A stretch of DNA of 64,000 bases, taken from positions 10,582,283-10,646,282 of the forward strand of contig OZ316892.1 of assembly GCA_973895155.1 (NCBI GenBank), in the 5' to 3' direction. Under the pieces are notes generated by a model. The model did no database searches. It worked only from the letters and a program-made list of their open reading frames with translations, and was not told the DNA's origin. This document shows, one piece after another, positions 37,727-51,632 of this stretch. Each line of letters begins with the position of its first letter. Position 1 is the first letter of the stretch. This stretch comes from Marsupella aquatica (Eukaryota > Plantae > Marchantiophyta). Made by a program: the position numbers and the translations under genes.

Positions 37727-38037
37727 TTGTTTGCAGTGCGCCATGCTTTCTTTTTGCACTCCCCTCCCTTCCTACAACTTATCCATTGATTTATCTTTAG
37801 ACTATCATTCCAACACTTAATCATTAACCATCTTCCCTCAAGTTCACTTGCTCTTGCAGTTATGTTCCACATCACTCATGCTTGATAACACCTTTGCTCA
37901 ATACCATGACATGATACCAATTAAGATATCTACAGTCAGTCAATGACAACAGTACCTGATATTGGGCTAGTCTACAGAGACTGTAAAACATAAACTGAAG
38001 TAGTTTACTATGGAGTAGGTAGAGGAGGGGGAATAAC

Positions 38038-38192
38038 CCTAATTTGCCTACCTTGGCATGTGACAAGCATAAGTTCTAATTTGCCTAACTTGGCATGTGA
38101 CAAGCAGAAGTCTAATTTGCCTAACTTGGCGTCTAATTTGCCTAACTTGGCATGAAGACAAGCAGAAGTCTAATTTGCCTAACTTGGCATGG
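38038..38192. repeat. ~36-bp tandem repeat (about 5 units, one truncated)
   Basis: TCTAATTTGCCTAACTTGGCATGTGACAAGCAGAAG units, directly abutting with no unique spacers. Confidence 0.9.
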
Positions 38193-41100
38193 GACAGTAA
38201 ACTAACATCCATTAATCAAGAACTAAAGCGGAAACGAAGATTGGAGATTAGAGTCGAACTATTGACCAGCCAGCCAGCAAAATAGCATATGATAAACCCC
38301 CATACCGAGAATCGAGGAGCAACGCTGGAAATGAAATGCAAACCAGTGATCTCGGGAGAAAATCTTGACGGTGTCGTATATATTTAGTGAATTCTGCCTC
38401 GTGTCAACGCTGTGTTTATTAGCTCCACACACAGTGCAGCAGCACCGCAGCAGACACAAACATGGTTAGAGAGTAGAGACTGCAATGACCAGTTATTATA
38501 GCCCGGGTCTTAGATGTTCACTAATGAGTCTCAATTCTCAAACCATATGCATCTGCTCTGTTCGTCGACATCTAGTCTGGTTTATGGGCAATGACTGTTC
38601 CTTCACATGCATTGGGCTGAACTTCTTGCAGATTCGCAAGTACCCCCTTTAAACCATCCAGTATTCCAGTCACTAGGCTTTTTTTTATCACGAATCCATG
38701 CACGGTCAAATGGTTGACCGGAGCAGCTGATTATGGTTGCTGACAGCATCGATCTCCATCTTCAAAGTAACAAAGGTACCTAGCCTGAAATAGTGCAGCA
38801 ATGCTCCACATATAAGCATTGATTGCGAAGCTCCAACTACTACCTCTTGTCCCCAACTTCCAATTATGGACTTTCAACTTGAGCGGCTCAACACAGGAGT
38901 TTTTGTGAAATGAAAAGCATCCAATCATGAATTGAGAGATCTGTGCAAGATCTTCCAGAAGTCCTGAAAGTTCCTACGAGTAACATAAATGTCAGTATAG
39001 AAACAATGTTTTAATTTCCCCAATTCTGAAGAGCTTGTACCATTGTCGACTTAACTGATATGTCCTGAGTTAGTTAGTTTGTCGAAGTCGATAACCACAT
39101 AACAAATTAATGATGACATTGAACATCATCTAACAGTAGGTGAGACAAACTGAGCGATGTTAGGGATTTCGCCCAACGACTCTCACTTGAATCAATGAAT
39201 CCTTTAAATAATCATAATCAGAGGTTGTTATGAATGGGGCAAGTGACTGGCTTTTTTATCAGTTCGCTGGGCTCTACACGTAGCAAAAGGGCGTAGAGCA
39301 TGCAAGGGACTCCCATGCACACCTTCTATACGTGGTTGATGGAAAATTGGGGTTAGTTTCTGGCAACCACCAGCTCCTTTACCGATGACAGCCTCCCGTA
39401 GAGCACCATGACTACAGAAGCTAGGGCTGTAGTAATAGTACAGTACCAAATAATGGCATAAACAGTAATTCATGAGTGAGTAGTCCTGTGACCGAAAAAT
39501 GATACTTCGATCTGAAGCTTTTCTCCCTTCAGTTGCATTTTTCGAGAAATGAACACTTTCGAAATGGAACAGGATCTGAACTTTTTGACTAGTCTTCTTA
39601 CTTTCCTGGAACTGCAGATATCTGGACATACCGAGGACATGTGTGGAAACTGAGTTAGAAATCCGTAGAGCCAGTGGAAAACATGGGTTGTGGGTAGATT
39701 CTTTGTCGTTAGACCACAACCCATCATTGAACCTATGGAAGGCAGATCTACATGGCACGGGAGAGGAATCAAAGTACGGGGTATTGGTTATTTTATTGAA
39801 TGTCTTGAGAATTGTACGGCCATATCGTCCTTTCGATAGCTACAACAGTAGCATCGTGTCGATCGCATTAAGTCATTGAGCGACTTTGCTCGAGTCTACC
39901 TTCTGTCTTGCATGCACGATGCATGCACTGCCCGCTCAGATCAAGATGCCCGCACCCAACTTCATTTTGTTTCGTCAGCGATCGCCATCAGGCTTCTAGG
40001 TTTCGTTGATAACTTGTCAAACTGCGTATTTATGCATGCTATTACGATTTATGGAAAGTCACAAGCTAGGAACAGCGTAGATATCGAGATAGATATAGGC
40101 ATATGTTTTGGAAAGATCTCCTACGCCCCTAAAAGATACCTTGATAGGTTTGGAGTTTTGATCTGTTTGGTTACTCCTTCGCCTCCCGATTCAGCTTTGG
40201 CTTTGGACAAGGCTCCTGGCACAAGAAGTTGCAGATGCATTGTTTCGCAAGAATATAATTTCAAGCGAACGTCTCGAGCAAAGGGATAAGTAATGACCTT
40301 ATCGTGCAGCAGCTATTGTAATTGTGGCTTCTGCCAATTTCATACTCGGGTCAGAATATCTTTCAGAGAATTCTGCATGTCTGCCCATATAATGGATCAG
40401 AATATTAATATTATATCGTGCAGATAATTGTGGGCAAAAATGGGCCGGCGTTACTTCTTATTACGACCCGACAGTCAAGAAGTTGTTCAGATGGCCACAA
40501 TACTCAATGCAAACTCTGCGTTGGATATATTTTAAGTATGTTTATTCCAATTTGAACTAGTTGTCGGGGTCATCGCGAATCATACTTTACAAAAAGTATA
40601 ATCTGAAAGCACTCTCGATTAGCATAAAGTTCAGATACCTTTCACGTATACTGGTCCATCAGCCAAACGACAGTAGGGACGAAGAGCGAACTTTAAGCAT
40701 CACATGCCCTTCCCACCAATTGTCGTGTTTTCTACTTACAACTTTAAGATTTCCATTTCCTAGTGTGAAGATCTAGGTTAAATACTTTAGTGATCAGCTG
40801 GAATCTGTCCAAAGACTGAATCCCTTGAGCAGGCGGGGGAAGTTGATCTTAAGAGTAGGGAAAGACGATGTGATCGGTTGGAGAGACCCAACTAAACGCA
40901 TGCACGACCCAGAGAAGACTTCAAAATAAAGAGTATCAAACGAAATGTATGGTCTGTCAGAAGGCTTCAAGCTCGTTCGATCACGTATCAATAGTCGGGA
41001 GAGATTGAATACACCGTCGCCTACTGTAGCTAGTCTTCTCACCAGTGTTTCAGATCTTCGATGCTAAAAAACAGGTTCTCGTCCCACTCACGGCAGAGAG

Positions 41101-44100
41101 GTCGTTAAGTATTCGAAGGAGTGCGCATGGTCACCACATCAAACATGTCTTGTGAACTGGACACAGGCAGTTCCAAAGCTTGGACCATGTGTGAATGCAA
41201 AGAAGCCATTTCACGAAGGGATTAATGTGTATCTCGAGTAACTCATCAATTAAGAAGCACAGGAGAAAGACGAATGGAAGTTAGTCATTCCTGGCGAGGT
41301 TGATTGCGAAAAAAAGAGCATCTGTAGAGCATCATTATGAACATTGCATGAAACTAGCTACGAGGCAATGGCATTCTCAATCTGTGCCTTGCATCATTCT
41401 CGTACAAACATACGAACTCAACACTTCAATCTCAGGATGTACTGGGACTAATAGAAGCTATGCTACAAATGATCTCTCGAGATCACATGACGCAGGCAAT
41501 AAGGCAACCAGGGGCATGTACGAATGTTGCGCATATCAGCATGCAAACTCGAGTTGCATGACATTCCCTGTCTACCAAGCCCGAAGTCCTGCTGCATGAG
41601 CAGCCTACGGTGGATCGATCGTCAATTGATGTGCACTAAAATTAATATTTTCGCTCTACCCTTGCCGGCCGCCCTCCCCTCCCCTCCCCTCCCCTCCCCT
41701 CCCCACACTTGAAATTATTTAGTCTCTGCAACCAAACCACTACTGTATGTACTGTACATCGCTATTTTATTCCATTCAGAGTGTGTGCTGATATATCCTG
41801 TACTGTTTCATCGTGTTCGCCGACTTGTCTGAAACTTCCAATCCATGTGAGCTTCCACTTCATTCTCGATTCTGGGTTCAAAACTATCTTGCAGAAAAGG
41901 GGCATGCCATGTCAGAAAAGAAGCTAGGATGAATCATCAAGTTTCAAAGAGAACCTGGCTGCATGACAAACGAGGCTAGAATGAATCATTCCAAGTCATG
42001 CCTGTTTATACCAAATGATGTGAAATGAAAATCAAGTGACGAGGGGTACTCTGGAATTCATTGAGGGATCATATACGTCGGATATCACAATCAATTCTTC
42101 AGATTCACAAGTACAGCCCTCACAAAGCAGAAGTTACAATGTCTGGGATGCGGCAAATGTTTACCAGTAAACAAACCCATGGTCGGGAGGGTGTCAAAAG
42201 CCTGGCTGTACTTAATGGCAAAAGGACCGTGAGCCCAAACGATTTTAGCCGTGGCTTTTGAACAGGCCATGAGTGTGACCTCCAAAACTCTCTTTTCACA
42301 TACTAGCAAAGATTGAAAATTTGAAACTCAGCATGGCTAGAGTGGGATTATGAGACTTGCATGGAGGCCTCCTTTGAAACTTCATGAAAGGAAAAATGAC
42401 ACCAGGTTGTTGAGATACCTATCATGGGTGACCAACTAAAGTCAAGCAGGACTGTCTAAAAAATAAAAAATGACTGCATGTTACATAAAAGTGAAACACC
42501 ACAACGCCACTTTTTAACCCTAACTAAAGTGCTAATGTGTCAGGAGTGTGCAACTTCACCCAAGTCCAACAGGGACTATTAGAATTTGTATTATAAATTT
42601 GAGTTTCCTCAACATTCCACCTCTCTAAGGACTTTGCCACTTTTGGCAAAAATTGCGAGATACACTTGATATCCCCGAACTGATTACTCAATAAACCCGT
42701 CATTGATCTGATAGACCTTAAATCAAGTACTAAAAACCTCATGTGGGCAGTCAAGTAACAATTTTCAATTTAGGGCTCCATCAAGTATATCTCTCAGTAG
42801 TTTCTCACATTTATTACAATAGACCCCAATGGATAGCACCTAACAACAATCCTTAGTTAAATCTCGGGATATCTACCGGCCAGCAATTAATCTAGTAAAA
42901 TTAGATAGCTAATATTATTACAGTAGCATCCTGGCTTCATGCCACAAGGGAAAGTGAAGACGGGATGGACCACCATTTTGGACACAGTGCTCCGGTGGAC
43001 CACATTTTGGTGGTCCACGAGAGTTTTGAGCTTATAACTTGATGATTATGAATCTTAAAGTAGTTTTTACTTTTCACCGGCAAGGCAACTAGAGGAGGAG
43101 ATATAAAAACATACAAACCCTAATATTTTATATTAACACAATAAAAATTAATCTTCTAGAATTTACCTCTCATATTCCGTGATGAATAACTCAACCAAAA
43201 TGGCCAAAGATTCACGGTCACTTTGATGAAAGTGTAACTTAAGTAATCCTCTAACACATCTCAAAACTTAAAAAACAGATTTAAATTTTACAAATATCAA
43301 GGTATTAGAATTAAACTCAAATTCCTGGAAATGTGGTCTATAGGGAGTTTAATAGACCAATGTTATGGTCCACGGGAGCATCAGTTTCTGCCACAAAGTG
43401 ACAGTAACCAACCACACCGGCCAGAAGTAAAAAATGCCTTAGAAATTACGCTACTGGGCAGCCAGGCTACTCCTGTAGTCTGGAAGAAACAAATATTAGC
43501 TTTTGGCGCCGATCGCAGCCCGGTTGAATGTTTCAATGCAGTCCACTGAATTAGGGCCTCGGAAAGATTCGCAGACGTCCAAGGGCCCAACGCTTGTCAC
43601 AAATGCAAGCCGGCGGTCAAAAACGTGCGGCCCCAAGTTTAGGGTACGCCTGTCCGAGCTTTTCGTTCCCCGGCTATTATTCCGAACCCGGGTTTGGTGC
43701 GATGCGCCCTTCCCCAAACCTGACTTCGTTTCGGGACCCACCGTCCACGAGATCGTAGTACCTACTGCACCGTCCGCACCGTCGTCCTGCTCGGATTTAG
43801 TTTAGTTAATTTGTTTTATTAATATAACTGCCAGATATGACTCATAAATCTGAAGCCAGTGTGGCGAATCTTAGAAGAATTTAAGAATATTCTCTGCCAG
43901 ATTTTACTGAATTGAATGTGGATAGTCAGATATCCCTAGATTTAATAGGACCCTTACATTTTGGCTAATGGGGCCTATGATTTGGTGTAAAAGTGGTTAA
44001 TGGTGTCAGAAAAATGTAACCAAAAGTGGTGAAAGTTTTTTGGGGAGATGAAATTTGGCTAAAATTGGCACTTTAAAAATATGCTGCTGCATACCATGAT

Positions 44101-46799
44101 AAACTCAATTGGGGAACTCTAAATTAGGGAGGGGTCATTTTGTAGCGGAATGACAAAGCTTATGCCCATAAGCCCGACCGTGGGCAGCTATGACATGCCT
44201 GGAATTTTTATCAGCTTTTTAATTACTCATGCATTGGGAGACAAGTGGTCGGCAACCCAAAGCTGGTGTGGGCGAGAGAGATGCTCATAGTTACATGTGT
44301 TGGGGTGCTCCAATTTCCAATAGAAAAACACAGGGTGATGCTTAAACCACAACTTGCCCTATATAAGGAGAAGAGTCCAAACCCTTTCCCTTTTAATTTC
44401 CACATTTCAATCACTCTTCTCCTCTAGCATGCTAGTTTGCTCCACAATTTTAGGAAAAATCTCCTATTAATGGTAACTACGGGTAACCCGTAGCTTTTGA
44501 ACTAAGGGTAGTTATGGTTTAAGCCCAAAAGGTAACTGGGACACAGTCAAACCACCAATCACAGTGACTCTGCAGACCTGCCCTGGGGGCTGCTGCACTA
44601 CATTAGGCCGCTTCTGCCCGAACGGAACTTGGACAGCCATAATGTATGCAATGGCCAATATTTGAGTCCCCCTAATTCTCTTTAAATCAGTGAGTGTTAC
44701 TATAAACACACATTTGGCAGACTGTTTTTGTGCAATTACAGGAAAGCAAAGTGGTGGGGGCAGCCTTTAGTACTCATTTGGTATTGCTATGCATGAACGT
44801 ATATTGTATTGTAAGGAGTTGTCAAATATTAGTGTCACCTCTTTAGTTCATCCTAAATAGGGGCATCCATGGCTCAAAACATAGAGCTGGACTACATTTA
44901 TGCTCCACAGATCTGAACAGGCTTTTAAAAATAATTTATGTTTTATAAGAAATCACCAAAACCTTTCTTCCAACACAAGACTCCTAACATAGCACAAAAG
45001 GTTGAAGGCAAGACTTTGTATTTGGGCACACTAATCTTGCATAATGAATCAGTGAATTCTTAAAACATGCATTGTATGCTTTCCCAATTTCACAAATTTT
45101 ACCGAAGGGTAGGGGATATTTTAGGTAATTTTTGTAATATAGGTCCATCTTGTAAAGTCACACTAAGGGTGACTTTATGAGAAGTAAGGAAAATATTGCT
45201 CCTTTTTATTCATTGTCAGATTAAATTTGGACCACATAATGAGTATATACAAGGGGTGCAGGTTGACTTTACAAGAAGGCAGGACCCATTCAAGTAATGT
45301 GTTTATCATTCCTATCAATGGCAAATCATGGGTCCAAATAAATCCTAACGTGGAGTGCTTATGTTGTCAAAAATGTTACAGTACCCCTAGAGGTGGTCCA
45401 AACATGTCCAAACTTTGGACTCCTTCATACCATGACCAAGGAATATGAATTTCATAGTATTCCACCGGTCAAACTTAGGTTTAGTTGAAGGGGAGGGGAC
45501 CAGAAAAGGGGCTCAGACAGTTTTGCCAAAATCATGTTCGAGAAAATGACCCAGAACGTATTGAAATCCACATTATACATCATATTCATTCAACCTATTA
45601 TGACGAAGTAGGTTTAGGCACCGGTCATTTTACACCCCCACCGTCCCCTTAGCAAAACTTGGTGGATCCTGGCACCCCAAAATTAATCAATAATATATGC
45701 AAGCAAGTGTTAAAAAACGCCCTACTTGTGATTCCCAAACCTCTGTCCCTGGAGTACAGTGACGGTACAAAGAGATATTTGATTTGAAATCTATATCTAC
45801 AGTAAGAAGAGGCCCTCCACTTTGCTTTGTTGAAAAAAAAAGTCACCGGTGGTGCCGCCCACCTCCTGTAAAGCCACACTAAACGGATCTTTGCCAAGTT
45901 GGACCGCAACACAAAGCACCGGGCCCTAAAGCTGCCAGGTGACCGTTTGACCGGGAGAAATCCAACCTGCTCAGTGCTGACCGACCACCGTGGACAGTGA
46001 GTCACCGGTACTACTAGGTTTCCCGGTTCTGCCCGGCGGCGACACGACAACCCAAAACAAAGAAACGAAACAGACACCGCATGCGGCGGTGTGGCCCTGC
46101 GGCGGTGTGGCCCCCTGTCTGCCGCCCGGCCCTCAGCGAGCGGTGCGAACCAGAGCACCCGAAGTCAGAAAACAGTTGTCCGACACTCCGACGAGAGACG
46201 TCTATGACCGACAAAATTTACGTGATGGACTCTAGCAAAACAGCAGTCCCACACGATCTGATTAGAATCCAACAAGATCTGATTAGAATAGTGGACTAGT
46301 GGAGTCGCTGCTTGAAGAAGAAGCTATAGCTTCTTCATCTCATTACTCTCAGACGTTTGTTTCGGGGATCTACTGTAGACTACTTCCCTATGCGATAGAC
46401 ATTTGTCTGGGGACTATGTTCTGCCTCTTGGCACTGCGAGCGTTGAATTTGTGAGGTAAAGCTGACCCAACAAAGGTGGGGGGCAAGCCCTGAATTGTTG
46501 AAGTAAAGCTGATTCAATTGTCGGCACATATCGGGGTCATAATTCTCGGCTAGCACCCGCCCTTTATCGGGTCTCTCGCCTGTGGGATTGTGTCTCCCGG
46601 TTGTGCGCTTTTGGTTTTTTGGCAGTGTGGAATATATATATAGTATAGTTGCCGCGTTTCTTGTTGGAAACGACCAGTCAGTCAGACATTGTACTTCAGC
46701 CTACATTACTACAAGTTCTATAATACGGTGTGTTGTAAATTATTCGATCTGGATGGTTCCTTCCCCAATCAATTAAAGTATTCCGACAATACACAATAT

Positions 46800-49100
46800 C
46801 TGATGCACTCTTTCTCGGGACAATGAAGCGGGTCATTATCGAGTGCAATCATCCGCATTCTAAGGAGACGAATACGAAATTAAATACTTGAAGCTCTCTA
46901 AGGTTAACAGTACCTTGGTGAGGAGCCCAATCAGGAAGGTCATTTGTCTGTATCTGTTAGTTTCTTACCGTCTCCTGAATCTTGCCGGCATTCACCGCCA
47001 AATTGTTGGGAGCCATGCAAAAGGTTAAGCATTTCCTCATGTCTGGTATTCAATCCACCTGTGATGGAATAATTTTAGTGGAATTCTCCACTGCTGAGCA
47101 TATAATATTCTTAAGTAACCTCTGTTATGTTCTTCTTAGTTAATTCGGTGATTCCTGTCTATCGTGGGGTCATGGTCGTCCAAAGTGCTCTACTTTTGAA
47201 TACTTCGCCGGTACTTCTCCATCCTCTTGTCCGAGTCGACTCTTGTCATTGATCTGTTGTTGTGTCCGAATGTCCATTCCATGGCCGGACCCGCAAAGTT
47301 CGTCCGTAAAATCCAAATTAAGAAGTTTCTTCAGTCCCAATATAATTAACTTTTTCACTCTCTCCTAATAAGCAACTGTTCAAGTTCCACCAAGGTGGCA
47401 TTCTACCCTTGAACGCCACAGCACTACAGCAGAGTCTCTTACTTCCACTCCAATTAAAACAGTCATGTCGGTAGGTAAGCTTTTGTCCTTGTCCTTCGCC
47501 ATGTGATCAAAGCATTCGAATCTAATTGAATGGCCAGTTCTAGGGTTGTTCTTGAATTGTCCAAGACAATCTAAATTTGACGAGCTTTCAAGAAGCTACT
47601 CGTTTTCGATGTCCTTTGTAGAGTGGTGAGATGGCTTTCTGAGTGGCTTCTGGTAGTGAAATGTTACCGACGCAATTCTAAACCTTCTGGCACGCTCACA
47701 CTCGGTGTAGCAGTAAGTTCTTCTATCCAGCCCACAGTCTACCTCTTATCGACCGCTCCTCTCTCTCGAATCCACCAGGCCCGTCCAGCTGGGTGCCTCT
47801 AACTACGGCCCAGCTTACTGTTCTACTAGGCCCGAATGACACTAATACGAGGAAAACCTTTCGGCCAGTGACTTCAATTCTTGAAGCTAGCAGAACTAGC
47901 TAGATACTAACGACGCTAGCTGGTGAGGCTGAATTTTCAAAATTTTGGAGATTGAGATCGAAGAAATGTTTGCAAGGCAGCAGACAGAATTTTATGAAGG
48001 ATATATTTGAAGAAATTATCCTAACCTAATTAAGGTAAGTATGGTTTGCGTTCCAGATCAGTGATGGCCTGGAAGAATTGCATTTTCAGTAAAGTGGGCT
48101 GAACAATATTAAGGGCCTCCATCCCGCGGCATCACCCTTCTCCTCACCTCCTCCGCTCGCGTCCGCAGCCCTTCATGTTCATCAGAGCACTTTTTCGACT
48201 ATTACCAATTGGAAGACAATCGGCACGTGCCCGGGCTGTTCTGTCTAACACTCTTCACGTGAACAAGTCGCATGGTAAGTTGAAACCAGTATCCGGACGA
48301 GCATTGGTAACCTTCTGCATGCATCGTTGAAAATTGAAACCTATACGTTGGGAACATGAGCCCGTTCTTCCAGCCACAACACGAATGATGAGATGCACTG
48401 ACTTGTTGCACTCATCACAAAGTTTGAAGCATCTACTCCGTGACCTATTTCTTTGATTCAGGGAGACGAGTCACTACTCTCGAACTCTTTAATTTCATTA
48501 CTGTCCGTTAAATCTCCGCGGTGTTAATAAAACTTTGAAAGAGACTGTTGTATTCTCTTTGACACCTTACCCATTGCCTCGCCAATTCAGTTAGCCAGCC
48601 CCAAATGACAATTCAGAAGTAGTGGGAGCTTTGAAACAAATCTCCGAGGGAAAATCGGAGTACCACTTTGTCATCCTCTTCAATCTCTCCGACGAGCGAA
48701 ATTAATTCAATTTCCTCAAGTGAACACGTATTTTTCTAGCCAGGAAACGAATTCTTGATGAAGAATCCCGTACTTGGAGTGACATTCAAGCGGCCCCGGG
48801 TTTGCACAACGTCATTCATGAACCTCCTGAGTAGATTTGGCCCGCCTAGCTGGCCAAGGGTTTTGTATGGACTTCTAGCATAGTCAACTCTTGCCTTCCT
48901 CCTTCTCATTATAAATATTTGTTGGCCCATTAATGGTCCCCATTAAAGGGAAGTGAAAACTCACACGTACACAAACTTTTGACATTGCCACTTAGATGAA
49001 TATAGTAACCTTAGATTCCAAATGCCCACCCCAGGCCTACACATTTCACCTGGGAGGTCTGTCTTAGGGTGACCGACTTCAAACGTGATTTGTGGATGTT
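46800..49100 (-). mobile_element. Possible very old Ty3/gypsy pol relic
   Basis: Only scattered minus-strand peptides such as MEWTFGHNNRSMTRVDSDK (cf. EFLGHVIS..GIRVDP.K) and ITELTKKN (cf. PLTELTKK). No continuous frame and no LTRs identified. Confidence 0.25.
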
Positions 49101-51307
49101 AAGAAAAGGGATCAAGCATGTCCATCCCTTGCCGCCAAGGCTGAATGTTGTAGGACAAACGGATGTCAGTTATTAGGTTGGAGGCACCGCTCCTCTGCTC
49201 CTGCTTTTCTTCCGAGAAGTGTGTGGCAAGAAAGCTCAGATTATGGCCAGCCAGGATAGGTCTCAGACGCCAAAATTCAGCAAGCCCGTGCGCGCTACCG
49301 AGAATACAACTCAGTGATGCACTTTTAGAGAACTTCGTCGCTTACTCTGGACTTGACTTGACCACTTGTCTACCTGTAGTACGTCTCGATCGTCTCGAGA
49401 AGTATGCATTCACTCTGTCACAATGTTATTAAGGGAATCAAAATATATATACTCCCATATATAGTCACTTTCAGACGACTGATACAATTTTGCTCAGCTG
49501 GATCATGTCGTGAGTGAATGGAGCGATTTACCTTCAGATGTTCATTTCGTTCGATCGAAATCCCCGGTTACTCCACCGTTGCAGATATTTGTACTTACTT
49601 GAACAGCACCTGTCTACGTTCCTGGATCTGCGAGGTCATGCCCATCGGAGGACAGGCTCAGTGAGATTGTTCAACATGAGTGTGACGGTGCCCAATCAAC
49701 ATGAGCGTTCTAGGCAAAGCCTCATATAGCAGCCTCACTATAGAGATGATTGCTTTAATTTGGCAAGAGATTAAAAGTTTTACCTATTTTTCACTAGCCT
49801 CGTGATTTATGGTCACGGCATATGACCAATCGAACTGCATAAACATTATGGATTATAAATTTGGTACTATAACTTTTTCTGTTCGTATGCTTAAGTATGA
49901 AATGAAAATCTATCAAATTTGAGGTTTGATACCCCTTGCTATATCCAATCAGACCATTCAGCCCATGAAAATTGACGTACGAGAGATACAGTGAAAAGGC
50001 GCCTGATAATTATCAAGAATCCAGACAGAATCTGAAGGCCATGGGGCTAATTATTCAAATCATTTTTAATGCTCTTTGTGATTTACCCCTTCTTATTTTT
50101 CAGGGCATTCTAGCAGCATAATGCCCTCTACAGGATTATTCTAGGCAATAATAGCCCTCAAAACTCTAGCCTTTGCACTCTAGTCTTTGCACTCTAGTCC
50201 TGGGGGGCATTGTATTCCCAAATGCCCTCTAAACAGGACTTTGCTCTCCATAATAAACCCCACCCAGTGAGACAAAAAGGTTATCATGTACACCTTAGTT
50301 TGGGCTAACTGGACTTGACTGTACATAATCAACGCCACCCACTGAGACAAACGGTGATCATGTACACCTTAATTTGGGCTGTGCTGTACATGCCTGTAAC
50401 AGGTTGTGTATTCTGGAGAGAGAACGAATCCAGTTGCTTAGAATCCAACAATGTTCCCAGATGTAGGATTTGTCTATACCACGAAAATAGTAATCGCTAC
50501 AGTTTTGTAGAAATCAGTCCTGTGTTCCAAGAATTACATGATATCGTACACAAGGAGACTGAAGCGAATGGGAAGGGGTCGAGGATCTCGATGGGAAGCA
50601 GTACAGGACCTTTTGCGCTAGCGTGTTGTTTCCCTAGAGGCTGTGAGAAAGCCTTGGATTTTGCTTCTAGGATCCAAAGCAATTTAACACGAGGAATCGG
50701 TGAACTGTGCAATCTGTTCTATGTGACGATATCGAGAAGATTATTTAAATATATTTATCCCAAGATACCCTTCAATGATTACAAAGGCAGGAAACCCAAT
50801 AAAGGGAAGAAAACAAGGGTAACCCTTTGAGACCCATTTGTGACGTGAAAGAGCATCCCAGGAATCTTGCCCAGGTTGCAGTAAATATAATAAAATTAGA
50901 ATATAAAACTAACTGAACCATTGAAGGTTTCATGGCATGCCAAATAAAATTAGCTGCAAATTTGTGTTGTTCAAGAGAAAAACTATACAAAGCAAACAAT
51001 GGGAGAGCATACAATACAATGTCCAGACTATACAAAGCAAACAATGGAAGAGCATATGTGACTCGTATCAAAGACTTTTATCTATTTGAATGGTGAGATG
51101 ATAGAGTCGAGGATCGAGTAGGGGGCGATCCACACCCAAAAACACAAATTCAAAGACACCCACCCCAAACCACGAACCCAATGGCTCTGCAAGAGCACTC
51201 AACAAGAGCTACAGTTCACCCTATCTGCAGCCCTCCATGTGTCTCATGGTTGTTTCATTGTAACACTCCCACAACATTGGCAACGGATAGCAGACTGAGG
51301 AGGCTAA

Positions 51308-51632
51308 GGGCTGTCTTGCATGTGCAAGAGTCCTGAAAAATGTGACCCTTAGCAGCCCACAGATGTCGGGAAAAAATGTGGACCCAGGATCTAAACACAA
51401 TCAAGAACACCTTATACAGTGTGAAGTGCTTATTGAGTCGGGGATCTACTGCCATTTTTTTTTATTCAAAGTTCAAAGTCCGGGACCTCAAGGGCCGGAA
51501 AATTTCCGGCCCTTGCCCCTGCATATCCTCCAAAGATGCCATCAGGGCTGCCGGCTTGTCGCTTTGTTTAGAAATGCCACGGGTTCATTTGAGGGCCAAA
51601 AATCAAAGGATCTTGCACATGCAAGACAGCCC
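51308..51632. mobile_element. Tourist-like (PIF/Harbinger) MITE, 325 bp
   Basis: Perfect 22-bp terminal inverted repeats GGGCTGTCTTGCATGTGCAAGA (51308-51329 / 51611-51632), flanked by a TAA target-site duplication (51305-51307, 51633-51635). Confidence 0.9.

Noticed and set aside
38038-38192. 36-bp repeats resembling a CRISPR array
   Set aside because: Units abut with no unique spacers, there are no cas genes and the context is eukaryotic. It is a minisatellite.
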